39,642 nt of DNA from a virus (lineage: Duplodnaviria > Caudoviricetes). Within the stretch, counting starts at the first letter, position 1. Every line of letters starts with the position of its first letter. Positions 1 to 8,528 of the stretch are shown here, one piece after another. A model generated the notes under the pieces. That model ran no database searches. It was not told the DNA's origin and saw only the letters and a program-made list of their open reading frames with translations. The position numbers were made by a program, and so were the translations under genes. The stretch covers positions 1 through 39,642 of the IMG/VR virus record IMGVR_UViG_3300037445_000024; one strand, 5' to 3'.

Positions 1-27
1 CTCCGGGGTCGTTCGCTGAGGTGACTA

Positions 28-315
28 GTGCCTGGCACCGGAACCGTCGTCGTTGACTTTGGAGCCACCCCAACAGCGGGCGGTCCTGCTTCGGCGACGG
101 TCACGGGACAAACGGGCATTCTCTCGTCGAGCAACATTGAAGCCTGGGTTGATTGTAGGACCGCCAGTGCGGACCACTCCGCTGATGAACACATCGTCGA
201 AGACCTAGAGTGTAGCGCCGGTAACATCGTAGCTGGGACTGGCTTCACCGTCTACGTGCATTGTCGAACGGCTAAAACGTACGGGAAGTGGAACATCGCT
301 TGGGTTTGGGCATAG
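28..315 (+). CDS. Small putative virion structural protein (95 aa)
   Basis: GTG start directly after a TAG at 25-27; G/T/V/A-rich beta-type composition; the next gene has a GGAG SD overlapping its stop; virion gene context. Confidence 0.6.
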   Translation: MPGTGTVVVDFGATPTAGGPASATVTGQTGILSSSNIEAWVDCRTASADHSADEHIVEDLECSAGNIVAGTGFTVYVHCRTAKTYGKWNIAWVWA

Positions 316-324
316 GAGCGCGTC

Positions 325-1773
325 ATGGGAATTTTTATCGCTGACGGCTCTGGTGGTGGAAGCAACGCAGACGTTCACCAAACGTCCAAGGCACTCAAGA
401 CGATCCTCTACGATGCGAATGGAAACCCCATTCCCGTCAAGGATAAGACGGTTGTTCCTACGAACCAGGGTTTGATCCCTATCGCGGGAATGGACGGGGG
501 CCAAGTTTTCCGTGCCATACGTGTTGGAGAGACGGGGACTCAACGGGTCACGTCCGAAGTTCTCCAGTTCCATGATGCCTTCGAGGGTTCTACCGTCAAC
601 ACGTGGGCATGGACGCAGTCCAATACCACGATGACGCAAGCACAGGCATCAGGTGTTCTGACGCTCAACAACTCCAACATCACGACGCTGAACACGTCGT
701 CGATTTTGACGTCGACGAAACAGTTCGCAAAGTACCCGCGTCAGCCCATCTTCGGTCGTCTTCGTGGGCGTATTACCGCTAACGTGACGGCCAACCATAC
801 CTTCGTGGAATTGGGCTTCGGAGCGCCATCTGGTGTTACGGCGGTCATCAGCAATGGCGCCTTCTTCCGTTGGAAGTCCGATGGTACCCTTCAGGCCGTC
901 GTTGCCTACAACGGAACCGAGACGCAGACGCAAGTCTTGGCTCAAGGTGTCGTCACCACGGCGAACTATTACTACTACGACATCATCATCGACGACGACT
1001 TCGTTCGCTTCCTGATGTGCGACTCGAACGGGACACCCCTTGTTGACACGCAGGTTTCGATTCAGGTTTCCAATGCATACTTGATGGCCGTTTCCCACAC
1101 GCCGCTCTTTGCCCGTGTGTACGTGGACGCTACGGGTGGCGGTACGGCGATTCAGCTCCTTTTGAGCGCCGCCACCGTCAACATGCAGGACATTGTACAC
1201 AACAAGCCGTGGGAACAGCAGATGGCTGGCGTGGGACGACACGCCTCCATCAACCCGACGACGTATGCGTCAACTCCCAACCTGGCCAACGGCGCCGTCC
1301 CGACGACGCAGACGCCCAGCAACACGGCCTCCGCCTACACGACCCTTGGAGGGGAGTACGGAGCTGCTGCGACGGCTGCGAGCGAAAACATCTTGAGCCT
1401 TTTCGGGTTCACGGTGCCTAGCCCTTACACGTTCATGTTGAGGGGGCTTCAGATCCCTCTACCGCTCGTTCAAGGTGCCGCCATCGTTACGACGCCCATC
1501 TTGGAGTGGTTCGTGGCTCCAAATGCCTCGTCGACCAACTTGTCCACGGCGGCGGGTCTTCAGCGTATCGCTCTGCCGGGATGGATGACCACTGCCGCGA
1601 CGGCGGCGATTGGGTCTATCTTCCAGGGCAGTGCCATTAGCTGGCAACCTTCCGTTCCGATCGCTTGCCTGCCAGGAACGATCCTACACATTGGCTACAA
1701 AGTCGTCGCTGGAGCCGCCACCGCCTCGTTGGTCTATCGAGGACAGGTCTACGTGGACGGATTCTTCCAGTGA
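325..1773 (+). CDS. Putative virion/tail-fibre-associated protein with a beta-sandwich (lectin-like) central domain (482 aa)
   Basis: SD AGGAG upstream; T/S/A/V-rich; segment AFFRWK...YYYYDIIIDDDFVRF resembles a concanavalin-like strand pattern. Function is inferred from context. Confidence 0.5.
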   Translation: MGIFIADGSGGGSNADVHQTSKALKTILYDANGNPIPVKDKTVVPTNQGLIPIAGMDGGQVFRAIRVGETGTQRVTSEVLQFHDAFEGSTVNTWAWTQSNTTMTQAQASGVLTLNNSNITTLNTSSILTSTKQFAKYPRQPIFGRLRGRITANVTANHTFVELGFGAPSGVTAVISNGAFFRWKSDGTLQAVVAYNGTETQTQVLAQGVVTTANYYYYDIIIDDDFVRFLMCDSNGTPLVDTQVSIQVSNAYLMAVSHTPLFARVYVDATGGGTAIQLLLSAATVNMQDIVHNKPWEQQMAGVGRHASINPTTYASTPNLANGAVPTTQTPSNTASAYTTLGGEYGAAATAASENILSLFGFTVPSPYTFMLRGLQIPLPLVQGAAIVTTPILEWFVAPNASSTNLSTAAGLQRIALPGWMTTAATAAIGSIFQGSAISWQPSVPIACLPGTILHIGYKVVAGAATASLVYRGQVYVDGFFQ

Positions 1774-1790
1774 GGGAGTAGTGTACTCCC
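1774..1790 (+). promoter_or_regulatory. RBS-sequestering hairpin GGGAGTA-gtg-TACTCCC
   Basis: Perfect 7-bp inverted repeat that fills the whole gap between the stop at 1773 and the ATG at 1791 and contains the GGGAG SD. Confidence 0.6.
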
Positions 1791-4700
1791 ATGTCCCTGC
1801 TGTTGATGCTTCAGACGGCGCAAGCCGTCACGGGGACAGGCTCGCTCACAGTCACTTCGTTGGCCCTTTCGGCGGCTTCGATTGAGAAGTTTCTAGCTTC
1901 TTCCGTTAGCTCTACTTTCAGCTCTTTGGCGAGCAGCATTTCTGCGAAGGAGGTCTTCAAAGGACCCCTGACCACCACCTTCTCGTCGTTGACGACGTCT
2001 CTTTCGGGGAAGGAAATCTTCAAGGGGACCGACTCGGTGACGCTGTCATCGCTGACGTCTTCTCTTTCGGGGAAGGAAATCTTCAAGGGCCCCATCTCTT
2101 CGTCGACGTCTTCACTCGCCAGTTCGGTGGCGGCCAAGGAGGTCTTCAGTGGGTCTCTCGCGACGTCTGTTTCCTCTCTGACGACCAGCTTGGTGGGGAA
2201 ACTGATCTTCAAGGGGTCCCTCTCAGAAACTCTATCGTCGTTGGCGACCTCTCTATCGGGCAAAGAGGTCTTCAAGGGACCCATCACACAGACGTTTTCA
2301 TCGTTGACCACTTCGGTCTCGGCAAGAGAACGCTTCATTGGATCCGTCTCCACGACTGTATCTCCGCTAGCGACGACGGTATCCGCGAAGGAAATCTTCA
2401 AGGGACCCCTCACCTCCACAGTATCGTCCATCGCGAGTGCTCTGGTTGGCAAAGAGGTCTTCAAGGGACCCATCACGATCTCGTTCTCGTCACTGACAAC
2501 GTCGCTTTCAGGTACGGAGAGGTTCTCCGGTGCGGTCGCCGAAACCCTCTCCTCGTTGGCCTCCAACGTGACGGCGAAAGAGGTCTTCCGGGGGAGCCTG
2601 TCATCCGCCGTATCGTCGGTGTCCAGCTCTGCCTCGGCCATCGAGCGATTCATGGGGGCCGTCGCCGAAACGGTTTCGTCTCTAACGACGTCTCTTGCCA
2701 GCCAGGAGAAGTTTGTTGGCGCTACGACGCTGAATCTCTCCTGGCCGATCAGCAGTTCAGGCGTGGAGGTCTTCAAGGGATCTTTGGCGACGTCTGTATC
2801 CTCTCTGACGAACAGCATCTCTGCGAAGGAGGTCTTCAAAGGTCCCATATCAGAAACTCTGTCATCGTTGACGACGTCTCTCTCGGGAAAAGAGGTGTTC
2901 AAAGGCTCCATCTCCGAGACGCTGTCATCTCTGGCGTCTTCCCTATCGGGAAAGGAAAATCTTCCGGGGTTCCATTTCTTCGTCGACGTCTTCTCTTGCC
3001 AGTTTGGTAACCGCTAAAGAGGTCTTCAAAGGATCCGCTACCTCCACGACATCGTCGTTCGCTTCGATTTCTACCGCCCAAGAGAGGTTCCTTGGTTCCC
3101 TAGCGACGTCCGTATCTCCGTTGACGCACTCCGAGATCGCACGGGAGCGATTCAGTGGCCCCGTGGTTATGACGGTCTCGTCGCTGGCGACCTCTCTGCA
3201 AGGGTCCGAGAGGTTCATCGGTACTGTTTCATGGAATCAAGTCATCTCTCTTGCCGCATCGGCGAAGGAAACCTTCCTGGGCTCTCTGTCGACGAGTGTG
3301 TCCAGCTTGACGTTGTCTGCGTTGGCTTCTGAGCGATTCATTGGATCCACCAATACGACGGTTTCCAGCTTTACAACTGTGCTGACCGGGAAAGAAGTCT
3401 TCTCCGGTGGGCTCTCGACAACCTTCTCCCGAATCGCTTCGGCGGCATCGGCGTTGGAACGCTTCGTGTCGACAGGGTCCATTCAGGTGTCGAGCCTCTC
3501 TTCGGTGATGTCCGGAAGGGAGAAGTTCTCCGCTCCCGGTTCCGTGATGCTGTCGTCCCTCGTCAGCTCTGCTTCGGCCATCCAGAAGTTCATCGGTAGC
3601 TCGACGTCCACGTTCTCCCCTCTCACGACGGCCTTGCTTGGTACAGAGAAGTTCCGGGGTACCTCGACGGCTACCCTCAGCAGCTTTACCTCCGTTGCAG
3701 CCTCGTTGGAGAAGTTCATCGGTTCAACCTCGTCTTCGGTCTCAAGTCTCTCGTCTTCGTTGGCAGGTCGAGAGGCATTCGTGGGAACCGGATCGTCGTC
3801 TATATCGACGCTGGCATCTACATCCTTCGGACGAGAGCGCTTCTCTGGATCTGTCTCTGGTCAGGTCAGTAGCGTTATCGTTTCGGTTTCTGCCAGCCAG
3901 AAATTCATCGCCAGTGGGACGAGCGCGGTTCAATCGATCACGACGGTCGCGTCTGGTCGAGAGCGTTTCGTCGGCTCCTCCTTCTTGACGGTTGGCTCCC
4001 TACAGTCCTCTGCGACGGCACGCCTGAATTTCACCGGCCAAGGTTCGATTCTGTTCTCCAGGTTCGACATCTTTGCGGCCAATGAGAACTTCGAACAGGG
4101 TGACGTTTCCATCACACTGTCGTCTCTTTCGATCGTCTCCTCTGGGCGACAAGTTTTCCGTGGCTCGGTCATTGTAGATCGCTCATCGGTCACTACTTCT
4201 GGTCAAGCACAGGAAGTCTTCGCCGGAATCGCCACAACGACCGTTTCTCCCTTCAGTACCGTTGCGATTTCGAGTCAGAAGTTCATTGGAAGTGTCTCCA
4301 CGCAGCTTTCTTCTCTAGCTCCCAACGCCACCGCTGTGGAGCGCTTCGTTGGGGTGGCTACTAGCGCCCTCACCCATCTGGCGACGACGGCATCTGCCAA
4401 ACTGCGTTTCATCACAACTCCCCATCATGTAGGGATGGGCCCATCCCCAACAAATGGGGTCGTGATGGCGTTGAGCCGACTGGCCTCAACCTCGTCCGGC
4501 AAAGAGGTTTTCTCCGGCAGCGTTGCTACTTCTGTGTCTTCGTTGTCAGAGGACTCAGACGCGGAGATATACGCTGGGGGAGAAATCGTCATGAACCTGT
4601 CCCGCGTAGCAACGCTGGCATCGGGCCTCATGACCTTCAAGGGGGGTGGGATGATCTCCCTCAACCCGATTTCCATCAAAGCTGGTATCCCTGGTGCTGA

Positions 4701-5286
4701 TGTCTTCGGACCGGCAACATTTCAAGTTGCTCACCCGACGTCCACTGCCGTGGCGTTCGAGACCATCTACGGACGGGCAACGCTTGATTTGAAGCCAAAG
4801 TTCCACATGTACTCGACGGGTTACCCGGTATATGAATTTGGGCTTGGGTCCACGGTTCGTGCAGACGTTAGAAATGCATCGGACCCGACTCACCAGCTAT
4901 CGTTTGGAAGCTTCCTCAAGGCGTCTGATACCTACGAGGATACGAGAGTCGTCTCCTATTGGGACCTCTCGGGACAGCCTGGGGACGTATTCGAGATGGA
5001 CTGGCTGACCATTCCCCCTCAGGTTAGAATCGTCTACTTTGAGATTAAGCTCCTGATACCCTTCAAGGGCCCTGATCTTGGGAAACTGATGTTTCAGCCT
5101 ATCGGGAAAGCTCTGGGGAAGTACGACTTGTGCGCCACATCATTTGACCCCAGTACCGCACTCATGCGCGTAAGGACCCATCGAAATTCCACAACTCTGA
5201 CGCTTCGGTTCACGCCTAATGCGACAGGAGCCCTATCGGCCCTCACCCAAGGATCCGTGCGGATCAGCCTGAAGTACCACCCCTGA
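1791..5286 (+). CDS. Long Ser/Thr-rich 21-aa-repeat protein (fibre-like, ~1164 aa if joined), interrupted by a +1 frameshift at ~2956-2959 (ORF track pieces 1791..3017 and 3004..5286)
   Basis: The repeat (K/R)E(V/I/R)F(K/S/I)G...SSL..S continues across both ORFs; removing one A from the AAAA run at 2956-2959 gives GKEIFRGSISSSTSSLASLVTAKEVFK, in repeat register; non-repetitive C-terminal domain. Confidence 0.75.
1880..4520 (+). repeat. About 40 degenerate tandem 63-bp (21-aa) coding repeats
   Basis: xExF motifs counted by eye at ~21-residue spacing, e.g. KEIFKGTDSVTLSSLTSSLSG; AAGGA(G/A)(G/A)TCTTCAA recurs at DNA level. Confidence 0.85.
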
Positions 5287-5317
5287 CGACGAAACCATTT
5301 GTTAGAACGACAGTGCG

Positions 5318-6211
5318 ATGGCGGTCAATTTCTTGCGTGGACAGCAGCTTGGACGGGGTGACCTGTCGATCTTCCTGGACGATACGTCGGGGCACCCGAC
5401 GAACGCCTCCGAGATCAGCTATGCCGTCTACGACTTCACGACGGGCGTGGAGGTATTGATCGGCTCTTCGCAGCGAATCCCTGCCAACCCGGCCATCGGG
5501 GAATACTTCGCGTCTATCATCATCCCCCTCGATGCGAACTTGGGGACGTATCGAATTCGGTGGACGATTCGGCAGTTCGTTGGGGGGCCCATCAACAGCG
5601 CCGTGATGGAGTTCAATGTCTCCGACCGCAACGGTGATGCGCTTGTGACGGACTTGACCGCCATCGAGAGCGAGCTGGTGAATCGTCTCCGTGTGATGCT
5701 TCGCGACAACAATCCTGATCGGAACTACCACTTCAGGCCCCCCACCCATGAGGAGACCGTCAACCAATTCAACAGGGTTTTTGGGTACATCTGGGAAGAC
5801 GGCGAGCTGAAGAGCTACATCGAAGACGCCATGGACGACGTCATCTCGGCTCCGCCGAGGACCCCGTTCGCGAGCGTCGATCAGATGATGCAGATCAAGG
5901 GCGAGTGGCGCACCATGCTTCTGACGGGAGCGATGTTCTACGCCCTCCAGGCGGTCCGACTCAACTGGATCGCGGATGAGTTCGATTACAGCATCGGTGG
6001 GGTCAGCCTTACCATCGACAAGGCCAGCAAGTACGAATCCGCCCAGTCGAGCGCCTCGGATCAATTCGAAAAGCAACTGGAGCGCGCCAAAGCGACGGTC
6101 AAGTACATCAAGGGCCTCCAGCAGCCGAAGTACGGCACTGGTATCCGGTCCGCCTTCGGGCCCTTCGTGGGTCGTGGTGTACTGTCTCCACGGAAGTTCG
6201 TCGGATTCTGA
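5318..6211 (+). CDS. Putative neck/head-completion virion protein (297 aa)
   Basis: N-terminal Ig-like segment (GEYFASII...GTYRIRW) and helical C-terminal part with DYSIGGVSLTIDK, reminiscent of head-tail adaptor proteins; structural context. Confidence 0.5.
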   Translation: MAVNFLRGQQLGRGDLSIFLDDTSGHPTNASEISYAVYDFTTGVEVLIGSSQRIPANPAIGEYFASIIIPLDANLGTYRIRWTIRQFVGGPINSAVMEFNVSDRNGDALVTDLTAIESELVNRLRVMLRDNNPDRNYHFRPPTHEETVNQFNRVFGYIWEDGELKSYIEDAMDDVISAPPRTPFASVDQMMQIKGEWRTMLLTGAMFYALQAVRLNWIADEFDYSIGGVSLTIDKASKYESAQSSASDQFEKQLERAKATVKYIKGLQQPKYGTGIRSAFGPFVGRGVLSPRKFVGF

Positions 6212-6222
6212 GGGAGACCCAA

Positions 6223-6396
6223 ATGGACAACGAGACCTGCGAGTGCCGAAACTGGACCATCGTTGAGGACTGGCACTCTTGGCAACCAGGGCTGCATCAC
6301 CCTTCGTGTGAGAAGCACCCCGACAACGTACCGGAACAGCCTGCTCCTCCCGAAGAGGATCCTCGTATCTACGATCCGAACACCAACTTCCATTGA
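6223..6396 (+). CDS. Small Cys/His protein (57 aa), below the ORF-track size cutoff
   Basis: SD GGGAG at 6212-6216, ATG 6223, TGA 6394-6396; MDNETCECRNW...LHHPSCEKH...; fills the intergenic gap. Confidence 0.6.
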   Translation: MDNETCECRNWTIVEDWHSWQPGLHHPSCEKHPDNVPEQPAPPEEDPRIYDPNTNFH

Positions 6397-6399
6397 GAC

Positions 6400-6405
6400 G
6401 GTGTA
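6400..6405 (+). promoter_or_regulatory. GGTGTA motif (candidate -10 element), 9 nt before ATG 6415
   Basis: One of nine copies found 8-10 nt before a start codon. Confidence 0.6.
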
Positions 6406-6414
6406 CCTGTAGGT

Positions 6415-7560
6415 ATGCAGGTCGTCTACGCACGGGAAGATTTCCCCGAGACGTTCTCCCAGGCGATCTTCCTCGCGGGTCCTACGCCTAGAACGGAAGA
6501 TACCCCCTCTTGGCGCCCCGAGGCGCTGCGGCTCCTGGAGGAAGCGGGCTACGAAGGTGTTGTGTTCGTGCCTGAGCCCCGCCATGGCTGGTCTCGGGAT
6601 TATGATGGTCAGATCGAGTGGGAGGAAGAGGGCTTGCGCCTTTCGGATTGCATCCTCTTCTGGATCCCCCGTGACTTGGAGACGATGCCAGCCTTCACGA
6701 CCAACGATGAGTGGGGCACGTGGAAGTATTCTGGCCGCGTCGTCATGGGAGCCCCCGTGGGGGCCGAGAAGGTCCGATACCAGAGGCACTATGCGGCGAA
6801 GCTCGGTATCCCGAACCCGTACACGCTGAAGGAAACGGTGGATGCGGCCCTGGAGATGGTTTCCAAAGCTGCGGAGAGAACCAAAGGTGAGAGGTTCGTC
6901 CCGCTTTCGATTTGGCACTCGCCTTCCTTCCAGGAGTGGTACGGAAATCTTCGCAGGGCCGGCAACCGACTTGATGGCGCTCGCGTCGTTTGGACCTTCT
7001 TCGCCCCCAAGAGCAAGTTCCTCGTCTTCTGGGCCATCCATGCAGACGTCTTTGTCGCTTCCGAAAATCGACACAAGACCAATGAGGTCGTGCTCTCTAG
7101 GCCCTCCATCTCGTCCGTGTTGATGTTCCGACCCGCGGAGAACTTCCTCGATACGGAAGTCGTCCTTGTCCGGGAGTTCAGGAGTCCGGTTTCGAACGCC
7201 AAGGGCTTCGTCTGGGAGTTGCCTGGCGGTTCTTCCTTCAAGGCCGGCGTCGACCCCAAAGAGAACGCAGCTTCAGAGGTCAAAGAGGAGACGAGCCTCG
7301 TTCTCGATGCCGATCGATTCCGTGAGCACGGGAGCGCACAACTGGTCGCCACCCTCTCGACACATCGAACCCACCTGTTTTCGGTAGAGCTGACGGGCAC
7401 GGAGATCGAGAAAGTCAAGTCGCTTCGCGATCAGGTCTTCGGCAATGAGGCCGACACGGAACGCACCTTCGTGGAAGTCTGGACGCTTCGCCAACTTCGC
7501 GACAGCGACCTCGTGGACTTCTCCACGAAAGGGATGGTTTTCTCGGTTCTGATCAGTTGA
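6415..7560 (+). CDS. Nucleoside 2-deoxyribosyltransferase-like domain fused to a NUDIX hydrolase (381 aa)
   Basis: N-terminal IFLAGPTPR...SWR...QIEWEEEGL...ILFWIPR...TTNDEWG typical of the Nuc_deoxyri_tr2-like family; C-terminal Nudix box WELPGGS...AASEVKEETSL. Confidence 0.8.
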   Translation: MQVVYAREDFPETFSQAIFLAGPTPRTEDTPSWRPEALRLLEEAGYEGVVFVPEPRHGWSRDYDGQIEWEEEGLRLSDCILFWIPRDLETMPAFTTNDEWGTWKYSGRVVMGAPVGAEKVRYQRHYAAKLGIPNPYTLKETVDAALEMVSKAAERTKGERFVPLSIWHSPSFQEWYGNLRRAGNRLDGARVVWTFFAPKSKFLVFWAIHADVFVASENRHKTNEVVLSRPSISSVLMFRPAENFLDTEVVLVREFRSPVSNAKGFVWELPGGSSFKAGVDPKENAASEVKEETSLVLDADRFREHGSAQLVATLSTHRTHLFSVELTGTEIEKVKSLRDQVFGNEADTERTFVEVWTLRQLRDSDLVDFSTKGMVFSVLIS

Positions 7561-8101
7561 ACCGCAAGTGGACGTTCAACAGTTCTTCGAAGAGGGCATC
7601 CGCGTAGGCGATGAGCCCATCCCAACCGAACCACCCCGACAGGAGGTCCATCACGTTCACCGTGAGGGGGCCAACGACGGTAGAGTTCTGTAGCCCGGCC
7701 TCGATGACCCATCTAACCGCATTGAGGACATCCTCGGCTAGTTCCCAACGAGCCCTATCGGTATCGCCGATGCCCTCCTGGAGCACCGCCTCAATTTTCC
7801 CGTAGAGGGATTTGATGGCTTCGAACGCATCTGCCATCCCCTCAGGGTCGAAAATCTCCGGTTGATCTCGAAGGGCCTTCGCGGTCTCCTGAAAGGGCTC
7901 GGCATCAAAGATGAGGGGAAGCAGCACGCGACACGAGTAATTCACGCAGAGGATGATGCGGCGTTCGACGAAGAAGTCATCGAGGCTGATGGCCCATGGC
8001 GAAAGAGCCCGCTCGCTCATCTTGGCGGCCATTTGGTTTGGGACCGTCGCAAAGAGGTCCGTCACGAATCGGGATGTTACCGGACAGATGCCTTCTCTCA
8101 C
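7553..8101 (-). CDS. Hypothetical protein (start uncertain: GTG 8101 or an internal ATG)
   Basis: Protein-like acidic helical sequence in the 3' part of ORF 7553..8446(-); fills the gap between + strand genes; the upstream part overlaps 8200..8490 and is probably not coding. Confidence 0.55.
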   Translation of the reverse strand: MREGICPVTSRFVTDLFATVPNQMAAKMSERALSPWAISLDDFFVERRIILCVNYSCRVLLPLIFDAEPFQETAKALRDQPEIFDPEGMADAFEAIKSLYGKIEAVLQEGIGDTDRARWELAEDVLNAVRWVIEAGLQNSTVVGPLTVNVMDLLSGWFGWDGLIAYADALFEELLNVHLRFN

Positions 8102-8199
8102 GATCTTCAAGGCGCACAAATCTTCTAGCGGCTCTAGCGTGAGAGCCCTCGTACTGGTGTAGCTACGGTTTACCCACCCCGGATCAAACGAGGACAGAA

Positions 8200-8490
8200 A
8201 TGAGCGATTCGAAGAAAACCCCCCAGGACCCCATCGATCAGGACACGCTGATGCTACTGGAGCGCCTATCCGCCGCCGCCTCTGAGGCGGCCATGAGGGC
8301 GACGGATCTGGAGTTGGAGCGGGTGCGGACTTTGCGCCAGTACAGCCAGATCGAGGCAGAACGTCAGAAGACCTTCGAAAAGATCCTGGTCGATCGTGGA
8401 ATGGCCCCCAGCACGCCTGTGGCCATCGACCCCAAAACGGGGGCAATCTCCGTCATCGGTGGACCCACAGAAGAAGCCAGCAAAGGCTGA
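8200..8490 (+). CDS. Hypothetical small coiled-coil protein (96 aa)
   Basis: SD GAGGA upstream; GGTGTA at 8156-8161; helical composition. Confidence 0.7.
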   Translation: MSDSKKTPQDPIDQDTLMLLERLSAAASEAAMRATDLELERVRTLRQYSQIEAERQKTFEKILVDRGMAPSTPVAIDPKTGAISVIGGPTEEASKG

Positions 8491-8504
8491 TCTTCTTCTT
8501 ATCC

Positions 8505-8528
8505 CATGAGCCTTCGTGAGGGCTCATG
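8505..8528 (+). promoter_or_regulatory. Hairpin covering the SD and start codon of 8526..9887
   Basis: CATGAGCCTT-cgtg-AGGGCTCATG, 10-bp stem with one G-U pair, ending on the ATG. Confidence 0.6.

Noticed and set aside
1811-2911. 366-aa minus-strand ORF with periodic sequence
   Set aside because: Antisense shadow of the 63-bp repeat gene; no independent start signals.
1880-4520. Regularly spaced repeats as a possible CRISPR array
   Set aside because: Repeats are degenerate, vary mainly at synonymous positions and keep a reading frame; there are no unique spacers and no cas genes.
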